From Azolla caroliniana (taxonomy: Eukaryota > Plantae > Polypodiophyta): a stretch of DNA of 64,000 nt. A program made the translations under genes and the position numbers. The stretch is taken from NCBI GenBank assembly GCA_043228905.1, contig JBHGNT010000021.1:6262001-6326000 (forward strand), written 5' to 3'. Positions within the stretch are counted from its first letter, which is position 1, and the number at the start of each line of letters is the position of its first letter. This document shows, piece after piece, positions 52,800 to 64,000 of the stretch. The notes under the pieces are model-generated. The model ran no database searches, had not been told where the DNA came from, and saw nothing but the letters and a program-made list of their open reading frames with translations.

Positions 52800-53295
52800 G
52801 AAACTATATTGAGATGTACGGAAATTGTGGAAGTATACTTGAAGCTCAACAAGTCTTTGCTATAGGACAAGCAAGAAGTCTTATTAAATGGACTAGTTTA
52901 ATTTCGGGATATGCTCGAAATGAAGAAACTGTACAGAAAACACTTAGCACTATGATGGTTTCAAATATCGTCTCATGGAATGGACTAGTTTAATTTTGGG
53001 ATATGCTTGAATTGGAGAAATTGTACATAAAACATTTAGCACTATGATGGTTTCAAATATCGTCTCATGGAACGGACTAGTTTAATTTCGGGATATGCTT
53101 GAATTGGAGAAATTGTACAGAAAACATTTAGCACTATGATGGTTTCAAATATCGTCTCATGGAATGGACTAGTTCAATTTTAGGATATGCTCGAAATGGA
53201 GAAACTGTACAAAAAACATCTACCACTATGATGGTTTCAAATACCGTCTCATGGATATGTTGAGGAGGTGTTGTATTAGTTTTGAACAGATGTAA
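52800..53295 (+). pseudogene. PLS-class PPR gene relic with a 92-bp unit amplified x4
   Basis: IEMYGNCGSILEAQQVF...WTSLISGYARN...NIVSWNG...GYVEEVL; repeat units start at 52887, 52979, 53071, 53163. Confidence 0.78.
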
Positions 53296-54809
53296 CACAA
53301 TATATGTATACTGTTCAGTGTTTACTTTAATTTTAATACCAATGGAGGATATTTTTTATGGGATTTTATTATTATTATAGTTTACTTGCCTAATCACTAC
53401 TGTTCCACCATTAAACTTTATTATACTTTTTGTTGGCCACCTAATTAACCATTATTATTATCCTAAATTAGCATATGTCCTTTTGAAGTATATTTGCTTT
53501 TCTTGTTTTATACAATATATTAATTCTTATTAATGAGAAAACGATAACTCCGTGTTACAAAACATTAGATCCTTTTATAGGTATTTGGCATATGATCATT
53601 GTCCATTAACAAAAGTGAGATGGAAGGACCAAGATTAGTGTATGCATTACAAAATCCTCACTTTAGAGAGTGGGATTTTTGGAGCCCCAATTATTCTAAA
53701 GTTTGCTAAAAATTCCAAGCACCCATGCAACTAAGGATATCCTAAGTAAGAAACTCTCAAAGTTTATTGGAAGAATCAATTGGATGACCTCACCTTTCAC
53801 ATGCATTCTAGCACTTTCATAAAATCTCTGGGGAAGCTAAACTGAAAAGGGGAAATAGGGAGAGATGACATCAACAAGGAAACAAAACGATGAGATAGCA
53901 TGGATGATTGTTTGTGTTAAATGCTTTGGGAACGTAGCTTGGTTGATGTACAAAATGTGATTGATTAGGTTGTAGGGACCATTGGCCAATTTTAAGGAAC
54001 AAACATCAGAAGATTCTTAAAGTTCTACAAAGAGAGGTAAAGCCTTCAAGGAAATAAGCCAAATTACTTGCTTTGAGTGAGTGTTATCAACGATGTTACA
54101 AAACTAGGTTGTAGAATCATGAACTACTAGTAGAACACATCCTTGTATCGTCAGATGAGGTCAAATTTGTTGGTGAATATGAATGGGCTTGGAATATTTC
54201 TCTATTCCTAGGTTCACTTCATCCAACTTCATCTCTAGTAACAAGTTGAACATGTGCATCTTGACGCCTATAGCATCCTATACTTTTGTGGGTTTTGCCA
54301 AAGATTCAAAGCAAAGTTCCATAAGGAGAACCATCAAGAGAGCACCTTTGTTGTTGGAAAACTTGGACCTATGGCATTTAAAGTGAACCTAGTTCGAGCA
54401 TCTTCAATAGTTAGAGTATGTGGTATTGTATGGAAACCTATAACAAATTGATCTCAAATAGCATGAGAGATCTTGAATAAGGTAAGTGGAAACTTTAATA
54501 GAGAGGCATATCTTTCAACAACTTAACAAGGATGGGGCACACTCTCTATTAATGAGAAATGAACCATTAACATTGTAAGAGGGAGCATATACAAATGAGA
54601 TAAAAATCACATCCTTCAAAGGTATGTAGATTGTGAATTGATAGCCATGATAGAGCAAGCACCTTTCAAGGGAGGTGTAGTGTTGATGTAACCTCGAAAA
54701 TAGATATAGATAGTTTGCATGTGGTGATCAACAACTTTCATGGGAATATATGAATATGTGATGAGTTTTAGAGGTATAAACACATTATCAAAATTTGACT
54801 TGAACACCT

Positions 54810-55125
54810 TACAAGTGGTTATGTGTGAGAAACCATTTGAGCATTGGGGAATTGAGTTCATTAGACTCATAAGCCCAACGACAAACTAGGAAAGGTAAAT
54901 TATTTTCATGGCATTTATCTCCTTGGAGAATTCATTGTCACACATTGAAAAAGCACACCATAGTACCCTAAGTGCAATGGCCAAGTAGAGAGCTAGAAGA
55001 AGATCATCAATGCAATAACATCTAATTGGGAGAAAACATCCTACACAACATTATGGGTGTTTAACACTTCCTAGAAAGTGGCAATACAACACACCACCCA
55101 ATTTGCCTGGTCTATGGACAATGGG
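54810..55125 (+). pseudogene. Gypsy integrase remnant
   Basis: KPFEHWGIEFI, YPKCNGQVES and NWEK...LWVFNTS resemble integrase core motifs. Confidence 0.6.
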
Positions 55126-55550
55126 CATTCATGTTGGTGGAGTTTTGAGTGCCTATTTAAGAAAATAGAAGCACAAAAAGATGTATGCGTGCATGTGAGA
55201 TGTATGCATGTATGTGTTTGTGTTTGTGTATGTTGGTAGGTAGTAAGTAGGCCTCGCCACAAACCAAAATCTAGTCTCAAGCTAACCTATTGCTAAAATT
55301 GAATCTAGGTTTCTTTCTTTTTCTTGCATTGGCTAGCGTAGCTAATATAGAATTACCTCTAACCTTAAATATAAATTGATGGACGAAGAAAGCTAAGTCA
55401 TTGTGCTTTGACAATTTTCATTGATTTATGGCATCATATTAGTATCATGCAATCTTTTCACATGATTATTTTGCTATACTTTGTTTACTTCAAAACTTTG
55501 ATTGAGAGGAAAGGAGCTTTAATGTTGCAAGAGTTTTGACAAAAAACCCT

Positions 55551-55740
55551 TGATACAACATTCAAGTTATTCTAATTTCCTTAGGTGAATATGGTTTTTG
55601 ATACAACTTTCAAGTCATTGTAATATCTTTAGTGAATATGATTTTTGATACAACTTTCTCGTTATTCTAATGTCCTTAGTGAATATGGTTTTTGATACAA
55701 TATTCTAATTATACTAATCTCCTTAGTGGATATGGTTTTT
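55551..55740. repeat. 47-48-bp tandem repeat x4
   Basis: TGATACAAC...TTAGTGAATATGGTTTT units. Confidence 0.85.
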
Positions 55741-58700
55741 GCTTCTCGATCTCAATTTGGATTCTCTCTCTCTCTATGCATATCTTGTACAACTCTTATA
55801 TTCAATCCCTAGAGGATTGTAGTTGTCGTGGTCTAGTCATGTTGGCTAAGCAATGGAACAAAGGTGATACGTCTTTGTTATGTTATTTTTGCAAACAAGG
55901 CAAGACAAATTTTTTTTAGCATAAGTCGAGTTTAATGATATGTGGAATTACCTTACGTACTTTCATGCTAAAAACTACACTCATGCATCCAGGTCACATG
56001 TAAGTGAAAATCATTTGTAGTTTGCTTGCTCAAGGAATACATATATTTTCTTACACTTTTTGTTTGTGATATATGGAGTATAAGTGAGAACCTCAAGTTT
56101 GATGGACTTGACTGAGGTACAAGCATGGAATAGATTTCAAATCAATGAGTATTCTAGGCCTTATTAAAATAGTGCACATTGTTCTTATTTGGGATTTCCC
56201 ATGTAATTTTATTGTCATATTTCATGGACAATATGTTAGCGTGATGTTTATGAATGTGTGCTCATGGTCATTTGCAACCTTTCAGAGCTACAAGTACTAT
56301 CGTTGCATTTTTTGAATCAAGTCGGTACGAGTTATTTTTCTAGCTCTAGATTCAATACATATTGTGATGTTTGTTTGTGCGAAATAGGATGCTCAAATGC
56401 TCAAATTGCATTGCAAGCTTGTCATTTATGTTAAAAAAGTAACCTGTCATATTTTGGGGGTGCCCGGTGTAAATTGTGCACATTTACAAAACCTTTCAAA
56501 ATCTATCTATTGAAAACCAACATAGAGTGCATTATATTATTCAAGAACAATCTAGCTCATATGTATATGATACATTTTAGTCTGTTATTAATATCAACTT
56601 CTAGATCATCATTGTCTTGTAGTTGAGAATTGATAAATGTTATTTTAAATGTATACTCTAAACTTTTGTCATCGAGATTAGCTTCTTTTCTGGTCAACAG
56701 TCGATTGATGTTACCTTAAAATGTAGAATACCATGTTTTTCCTAGAGGTATAAAGGTAGAGCCGCATATTGACATGGTGGCTTGAAGAACAGTGAGATTT
56801 GGTATGAAACAAGTCAAGCAACCAAGTTCAAATGAATTCACACAACATAACATCTTCAAATTTGGAAACTATGTACGCAATATCATTGTTGTGCTATATA
56901 TTAAAAGTTATCGTGCTTCCATTTTGTACAAAGATGTTATGGAGTTTCTAGTTCATGAGAATTTGACATACTCAACTGTGGATGATTATCATTACATGCC
57001 CACAAGTGGTTACGAACTAGATCATATTGTCCCTTCTTTCTAATATACATGTGTAGGTCACCTTTATGTCCATCAAGAATTTCAAGAAAACTTGCATGAG
57101 GTCAAGCTTACGTTGTATAAAATCCTAATTACTCATCCTTTAAGATGCTTGTACAATCTTTTGTTCTCTTTGACAACATGTTTAATGATAGGTGACAAAT
57201 AACTATTTGGATCAACATCTCTAGGATGATCATTGAGGAGGTTGTTATTCATTCAATTGTTTTCCTTGCGTGGGGCACATAAATCCTAATAACACATTTC
57301 GATATTGGGAAGCGGCAATATTGAAGACTAGACATGACATGTGGATGACACCATAGATTAGATCATGTGACACTATCTCTACACTGTACATTGCACTTTG
57401 CATTTAGTAATTCTAAGGAGATTTCATGATTCGAGACTAGAAAGAGAAAACCACATCGAAGTTTCAATGACAAAGCTTAACATATCTTATTTTATGAAAC
57501 ATATTATACATGTGTTTGGATTTTGTTTTGACTATGACATGTGACTTCATTACACATTGATTATTAACTTTAGAGCTAGTATTTAACTTTGTATTTGTAG
57601 TCCACAAATTTGCTTATTTTGTTCTATTCATCTAAAGCTCTCATTGTAAGAATGTTATAGAATTTTGTAAATTTCATTAAGAAAAATATAATTATAGTTT
57701 TGTTTTTAAACTCTATAATAGGGTATTTAAAATGTATTTTGGAGACTAGGGTTATTTTTTATTACGAACTTTTTATTTACAAAAGGGTGTCCAAAATAAT
57801 CCAAAGAATAGCCATTAGGGATCTAAGACATCTTCAATGCACATGCTACACTCTCTTTAAATATAATGACCTTGTGAGAGGGTCACAAACCAATAATCTT
57901 GCTTCAAACTTGGTAGTGATAGACAGGTTGTCCATTAAGGGATTACCTTCTTGTTTGTGCACTTTCCAAGAGTATTCTTGGGACATGATAGGTCCCATTT
58001 AAGTTTGTTGATAAATTAATTCGCCAATTGATCCTTAAGAAAGATCATCATGACGAGTACTCATGTCACATCTGTCATTTTACCAAAAGACTTCATGACT
58101 AGAAATGTTAATTAATATTCCATCTCTTATACTTTGAATGTGTGGCTCATTAGCATTCCTTCAAGTCATTGGAGAGAAACATTTGTCATCCTTAATGGTT
58201 GAAGGTAACATTTTGGGATTGCCCCACTTTTGCTTCCTAACAAGACAAGCTTATTACACAAACCACAACTCCAATCTCTATCATGATGGGCGTCATAGTT
58301 TGTTGATGGTTACAGGGATCGTGAAACTAATGTTATCACACTTGAAATAGATGCCTACCCTTTTTATTAGTGTTGTGGTCTCTTGTATTACTCTACGTGT
58401 AATTACTATGGGCTCCATGTACCTTGCTCATAACTTGCTCATTATTCTTATTGAGACATTGTGCTAAGGTTTGTTGTTTAGCCTCAAGAGCCAAGGCCTC
58501 CATGACACATAGTTCTACTTCTTTGGCTAGGATGTGATCCAAGCCCATCTGGTCATGTACAAGTGTTATACTATATTGCACATATCTCTTATGAGTGTTT
58601 CCCTTTTAAATGCAAACAATTGTTGCATCAAGGTGACATTGACTTCTTCCTCAATGGATCCAAGCCAATCCTCACTGTTACAGTGTGGTCTTTACTCATC

Positions 58701-58979
58701 AAAAGGTGACTCCGGTGCCTTCTTTGTTTCCCTCAAAGGGACAACTTTATCTTGTCGGAAGGTGCATTCTTCCAATTGATCCCACCCTAGGCATCATACT
58801 TTGTTGATTATATGTTGCCTCTGCTCCCATTGGATGAAGTTAACGTAGTCATACTTTTGTGATTCCAACTTTTGGGTTTGGGTAGGTTGTTGAGTGTCCG
58901 GAGTAACCCTTGACATGTGGCTTCTCTCTAGAACTAGGCTATTAGGATTTGGGCTTATTGATCAAATGTCGTAGTTGAA

Positions 58980-59272
58980 GAAACAAGAGGCACACATGTA
59001 TGAAGCTAGAGGTTTGCCACACTATTAGAGTCTTTGTCTTAGAACATAAAAGAAAAGTGATCCCCTTCATTAAGGTGATCAACCTTCTTATGTATGCTCA
59101 AACCTAGGCCCGTGTTCGTGTTTCCCACTTGGCAACTTTTTTAATTATAAAAAGCAGCCAAGTGATGAAACACTCTAAAGTAATCTCCCATTGTAGGATT
59201 GAGATAACTCAATTGTCACCCTTCATCCTTACAAATTATCCCACAACTACTCTTACGGTTATGCTTGTAACA
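58980..59272 (-). repeat. LTR-like dispersed repeat, homologous to ~23700-23987
   Basis: Shared blocks and terminus TTATGCTTGTAACA. Confidence 0.7.
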
Positions 59273-60633
59273 ACTCTATGTTAGACACTAATTTAAGTGT
59301 ATGGTGTTTCACTAACATGCTTCTACAAAGGACTCACACATTTGAGCTATTAGGAAGTTTTGCAACATGGGGTGGTATAGCCATCAATGAACCTACTCAT
59401 CAATTTATCATTTGACATTTTATCTCTAGGTTCACACCTATTTTGCAAGCTTTTGGTACATAAAATATAACACGTTCGCGTTCACAAGTGGAAGGATTGC
59501 ACATTCCACTTTTAGATTCCTTTTATAATTGTGCAATTTTAGGCTATCTACAAAAATTGGTACACCAGTATCACATGTTCTTGCAACCATGCATCGTTTG
59601 CTAGTTTAATAACATTTAATAAGTTAACGAAATCGAAACCTTAAGTTAAATGTATATTTCTAAAGTTCATGATTTCAAATATGAAATATGATTAAATCTA
59701 GTAACATCATAATGACTTATTAGGATTTAACACGTTGGTAAAAATTCAAAACATGTAGTTTTCTAACCATTCATTAAGTTAATGGTTTTCACAATGTAAT
59801 GAAATGTATTAAAGACACCAATATCACAATGGTTTTGGCATTTGTCACAAGTTAAACTGTATCAACACTCATATTAAACTAAGAATCTTTCTTTTGAAAG
59901 TTCGGGTGACCATCTCTAGATATAAAACGTATCCGACAGTCTGATCTATACTTATTGATCATATCTATAAATTAAGTGGTGTGTTTCAGAAGAAGAGGAA
60001 GCCTTATCTATACTTGTTGATCAAGTATTGGACAGTGTAATACATAGTGATTATAATGATCGGTACAATACTTTTTGATCAAGTATTGAACAATGAAATT
60101 CTTAGTGGTTATAATGTTTGATACAATGACTGTTGATAGTCAAATTTTCAAAAACAAGCTTAATATTCAGTTCAAACAATCATTTATTCATTAACTTGTG
60201 TGAGTTCCAAAGAAAAGAAAGAAACTTACTAACTAGATCAATTGAACATTCGATTAAAACGTTAAATATGTAAGAACATGAAACTTAAATTACAATGTAC
60301 ACTTATTAACATCCCAACGTGATGTTTCCCCTTTCTAAAAGGTAATATGTTCAATATGTAATACATTTAGTATTAATAACACGTTCACACATGAATAAAT
60401 AATTAGAACCTTACAATAATCCAATTGCATTAGACAATGAATGGAATCAAACTTACTTTACAAAGAACAAAACTTTAATTACAATGTTTTTGATGAAAAA
60501 CAAAATGGTCATATAAATTACATTTCATTACATGGCTATAAGGGTATCTTTATCATTCTCTTTGTCTTCCTTTTGAGAATTGTCCTCAAAATTCTGTGCA
60601 TTAGTATCCACTCCAGATAGGATTGATGGCTAT

Positions 60634-61727
60634 TGTTATCTCATTATTGGATAAACACCTTCGATTACTCCCTGAGTAATCGGGTCAAGGAATCGTGGTT
60701 GCGTAGGGGACTACGTTAGGGCCGAGTAGGCCGAACAGTTACGCGATAGCCGGCCACCGCCGACTCTCCGCTTACGACTTAGAATAACCAAATCGACAAT
60801 ACAGATTAAGATGGAATAGACACAAAGATGACCCAAAACTTATATGTATGTTATGTGTAGATAAAATCGACTACAAGGCAACACATGCCTGATTATATTA
60901 GTCACTTTCTCTTTGTATCATAACCTATGCTTATATTCACTCTCTCTTTCCTTCAGTTGTTCCACGATTTATATAGCCTCTCCTTGGCGCGCTTTCGCTA
61001 CTTCCTCCTAATTCACGGACTTTATTCTCAGTTGAATATATTTCGTTCTACCTTCCTCGGCTACCAATGCTCGGTCGATTCCCTTTTTACCTACTTGACC
61101 TACTCGTCTCTTTAGAATCGTTTCACACCTTATACCCTTTGTCCCATGGATAACACCTGACACACCCGTAGGACAGTGCCTTGCACGTCGAACCCAAAGA
61201 AAAACAAAATCGCTCAAAAAAATCGAAATCAAGAATTTGAGACTATTGGTAGTCGGAAGAGCTGAAAATGCTAGTGTACACTCAGTCTTCCAAAATCGAT
61301 GTGATGCCCTCCGGTTACTTTGACTCCCTTGGTTTGAGATCTGCTGTCAGTTTGGCCTTTTGCGCCGTATTCTCATGGGCTTCAGTTTGCTCCGCAGACT
61401 CTTGAGTTGCCTCCTCCAGTTTTGGCATGTCCTCGTGAAACTCAGTCGACAAATCGAACTGTTGGTCTGTGGCTTCCGTAACCACTTCCTCCTGCTTTGG
61501 CTCCATGGTCTGTTCAACCACTTGTTCCATCTCTGGATTGGGGCGTGTCACCTTTTCTTCTTTCGGTTCATGGGCTGCTTCCTTAGTCATCCTGCCTACT
61601 GAGGCATGTGCCGCGGCTTCTACTTCCTTTTCAGCTTGGAGGCACAAGCGTATAACCTTCTATTTCCATCATGAGCAACAATTGATCATCGTTAAATTCC
61701 TCTAGGAGGTTTCCGATGGTTGTGGTG
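60634..61727 (-). mobile_element. Gypsy A': 3' LTR (60634-61155) and end of extra ORF of a diverged relative of Gypsy A
   Basis: Termini TGTTATC...AACACCTTCGAT and TGGATAACA resemble the A LTR; same tRNA-like motif at 61158-61196; acidic low-complexity ORF end 61315-61647. Confidence 0.75.
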
Positions 61728-63357
61728 TGTCATGATATGGCAAGACTCGAACCCATGACCTTATGTTACATGGGTCGAGCTCTTGACCATTAGACTATAT
61801 ATTGTAATACGAAGGATATTATTTTCATTTAAGTTTTACTATAGAAAATTGATGTATATTCCAGATTTCTCTGGAACATTCTAGAAACTTCAGGAGTACT
61901 CCTGAGAACACTATAAAAGGAGGCACAAGGCATTATTTCGAACCAAATTGGTTCAACGCCAATCTTAATCCTCCTAGCTACTATTGTATATTCTCTTAAC
62001 ATAATATATATATTTTATTATCATCATTCTCTCTCTCTCTCTCTCACTCATTCTTTCCTTCTCTCGAAAGTTCTACACCTCCCTTAGTAATAATCCTCAT
62101 CTTTTAGTACTAATTCCTTCTCTGTCTTAGTATTGTTAGTCTTAGTACCGTTCTTGACAGTTTGAACTGATTTTGGTCTCCTTCCTTCTCTTCCTTATCT
62201 TCATACTTCTCGCTCCCTTCATACTAATATCTTATTCCTCTTTTCTCTCATACTATGGCCACAATTAGCGCTCAAGAATATCAACCCGCTTTCTCGGAGT
62301 TGCAATGCTTGAAAGAGAAGTTTCTCACATTGGAACAAGAAAATCAATGACTGTTGGGGGAGCTTCAACAAATCTCCTTAGAGAAGCAGCAGACGCACCA
62401 ACAACATGGGGAACTAGCGTTATGTGTGCAACAACTCAAAGCAGCCATAGTAACGATGCAACAACAAGGACCCAGTATGCAAGGGATTCATAAAGAACCT
62501 AAGATCGGCCTTCCCATGAAATTTGATGGAATGCGATCGCAGTTTAGAGTATTCCTTAATAAGGTATGATTAGTCATTCAAATGCATCCTTCTCGATATC
62601 CCACCGATGTGTCACGAGTGGGTTTAGTAGGCACGTTGTTAAGTGGCTCAACTTTGGCATGTTTCGCTCCGTTGTTAGAAAAGGAATCTCCTTTACTAAA
62701 CAATTTTGAAGAGTTTTTAAGTGAGTTTAAAGCCTGTTTTGGAGATACTAACAACATAAGGACAACAATCAACAAAATCCGACGATTACGTCAAGGTGAT
62801 CGTCTAGCCTCCACATACGCTGTAGATTTCCGCCTACTCGCCTCCGATATCCCCTGGGATGACCAAGCACTAATGGAGCAATTTCGTTATGGTCTACATA
62901 ACGATGTCAAGGATTTACTCTTGACCTTCCCCGAAGAACCGAAGTCATTAATAGAAGCAATCAGTCGCGGGGTGAGATGCGACAACCGTCTTTTCGAACA
63001 ACGTTTGGAATGTTAGTTTCAGATGCCAAGGGCAAGATCAGAGTCCACCTACGCCTCAGTGGTAGCAAAACCTTTTCCAAGGGAGTCATATAATGCCTCT
63101 CCAGTGAATACTCCAACTCCGATGGAAATTGACACTACACGTCGTCGCGGGTCATTACCGAAAGAAGAAAAGCAGTGACGCCGAGCAAATCGACTATGTC
63201 TTTATAGCGGTGGACCAGGGCATATTGTAGTGAATTGTCCCCATAGGCCAAGAAGACAGGTAAACCAAATAGTTGCTAGTTCTAATTGTAGTAAACCGAA
63301 GTCTATTTTAGTAGGAATATTTGATAGTCCTAATAGTACTAATAGCCCAAATCTATC
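61728..63357 (+). mobile_element. 5' part of a chromovirus-type (Tcn1/sushi-like) Gypsy element: 432-bp LTR, non-tRNA PBS, disrupted gag
   Basis: LTR TGTCATGA...TCTTGACA (61728-62159), TATAAAA at 61912. Gag motifs PKIGLPMKFDG, LRQGDR...YAVDFRLLA, WDDQAL..QFRYGL, PMEID, CLYSGGPGHIVVNC. Clade is inferred. Confidence 0.8.
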
Positions 63358-63633
63358 TGTAAAGAATCAATGGTGATTCTTGTGTAGCGGAAGAGATGTG
63401 TGTTATGTGTATGTGTGAGAGGAAAGAGGAGAGGAGTGTTACCGGCCGGCAAAGGAGTCTAGAGTGTGAAACGGGGAGTTATTTAATTGTTAGAAATGGT
63501 TGTAAGTAAGCTATGAGTGTGGACGGACGGACCGGAATCGATATGCCGTTCTAGATCCGGACCGATCCTGAACAGGTGCAGATGGCACCGTTTTGTACTA
63601 CAGAGCGGAAACCTATTTAAAGGCCCGGATACA
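63358..63633. repeat. Possible LTR fragment (TG...CA) joining two unrelated internal regions
   Basis: TGTAAAG...GGATACA bounded by chromovirus gag and Gypsy RNase H; no TSD. Confidence 0.35.
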
Positions 63634-64000
63634 ATGTAGATCATTCGACGCTCCTCTACCTGGTGTCCAAGCCGTCACTCACCGGTAAGTTGGCCCGGTG
63701 GGCCTTACTGTTACAGGAATTCGAGTTCGAAATATTCCACCGACTAGGTATACAGCATGCCGTAGCAGATTACTTAAGCCGATTAGAGTTCGGAGAAATG
63801 GGTGACGGGGTAGCAGACGAGTTTTCGGATGCGGAGCTGTTTCGAGTCACTACGGAAACGACAGCAGATGAGACGGTGGCACAGGAAGACAAGTGGCTCA
63901 CAAATATGCACCAGTTTTTGAGCACAGGACTGCCTCCGGAAGAGATGAACCGGGACGAAAGGAAACGCCTGGCAGTGCAAAGTGTGCGCAACGATGAAAA
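63634..64000 (+). pseudogene. Gypsy RNase H C-terminus, family-A related (runs off window)
   Basis: VDHSTLLYLVSKPSLTGKLARWALLLQEFEFEI..HAVADYLSRLE, closely similar to 7417-7740. Confidence 0.85.

Noticed and set aside
52887-53255. Regularly spaced repeats as a CRISPR-like array (also 41563-41773, 55551-55740, 39005-39130)
   Set aside because: Whole units repeat with no unique spacers, there are no cas-like ORFs, and the context is eukaryotic.
50400-54650. Very old RT/RNase H and L1 endonuclease traces (IVEIDAS near 51060; ISFVYAP near 54590)
   Set aside because: Only isolated short motifs; too degraded to delimit.

Overview
Repeat-rich eukaryotic (land-plant) genomic DNA; the retroelement lineages and the degenerate PLS-type PPR relic suggest a fern or other non-seed plant, which is inference only. 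Positions 1-22.3 kb are a nest. A decayed Ty1/Copia element (+) is interrupted by Gypsy element A (1737-12824, minus strand, 455-bp LTRs, 5-bp TSD GCGAA, ~1000-codon extra 3' ORF, carrying a 768-bp solo LTR) and by Gypsy element B (13996-21047, +, 650-bp LTRs, tRNA-Trp PBS, 4-bp TSD). A deleted relative of B (26844-31170) sits inside a LINE. The only intact host gene I can support is a two-exon TPR/J-domain (DnaJ-like) gene on the minus strand (45186-45154, 44310-42379; ~654 aa). The rest is SINE-like heads, microsatellites, small tandem duplications, a PPR relic and a second nest at 60.6-64 kb. The most striking observation is that Gypsy A has no polypurine tract. In its place is a copy of a tRNA 3' end (tRNA-Arg-like) split by a hairpin, and the same arrangement with compensatory base changes recurs in a diverged relative at 61.16 kb. 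This suggests tRNA-primed or tRNA-mimic-primed second-strand synthesis. Also notable are a conserved -1 frameshift signal between protease and RT in family B, a Tf1-style self-priming signature in a chromovirus-like element, and a micro-inversion in the Copia pol.
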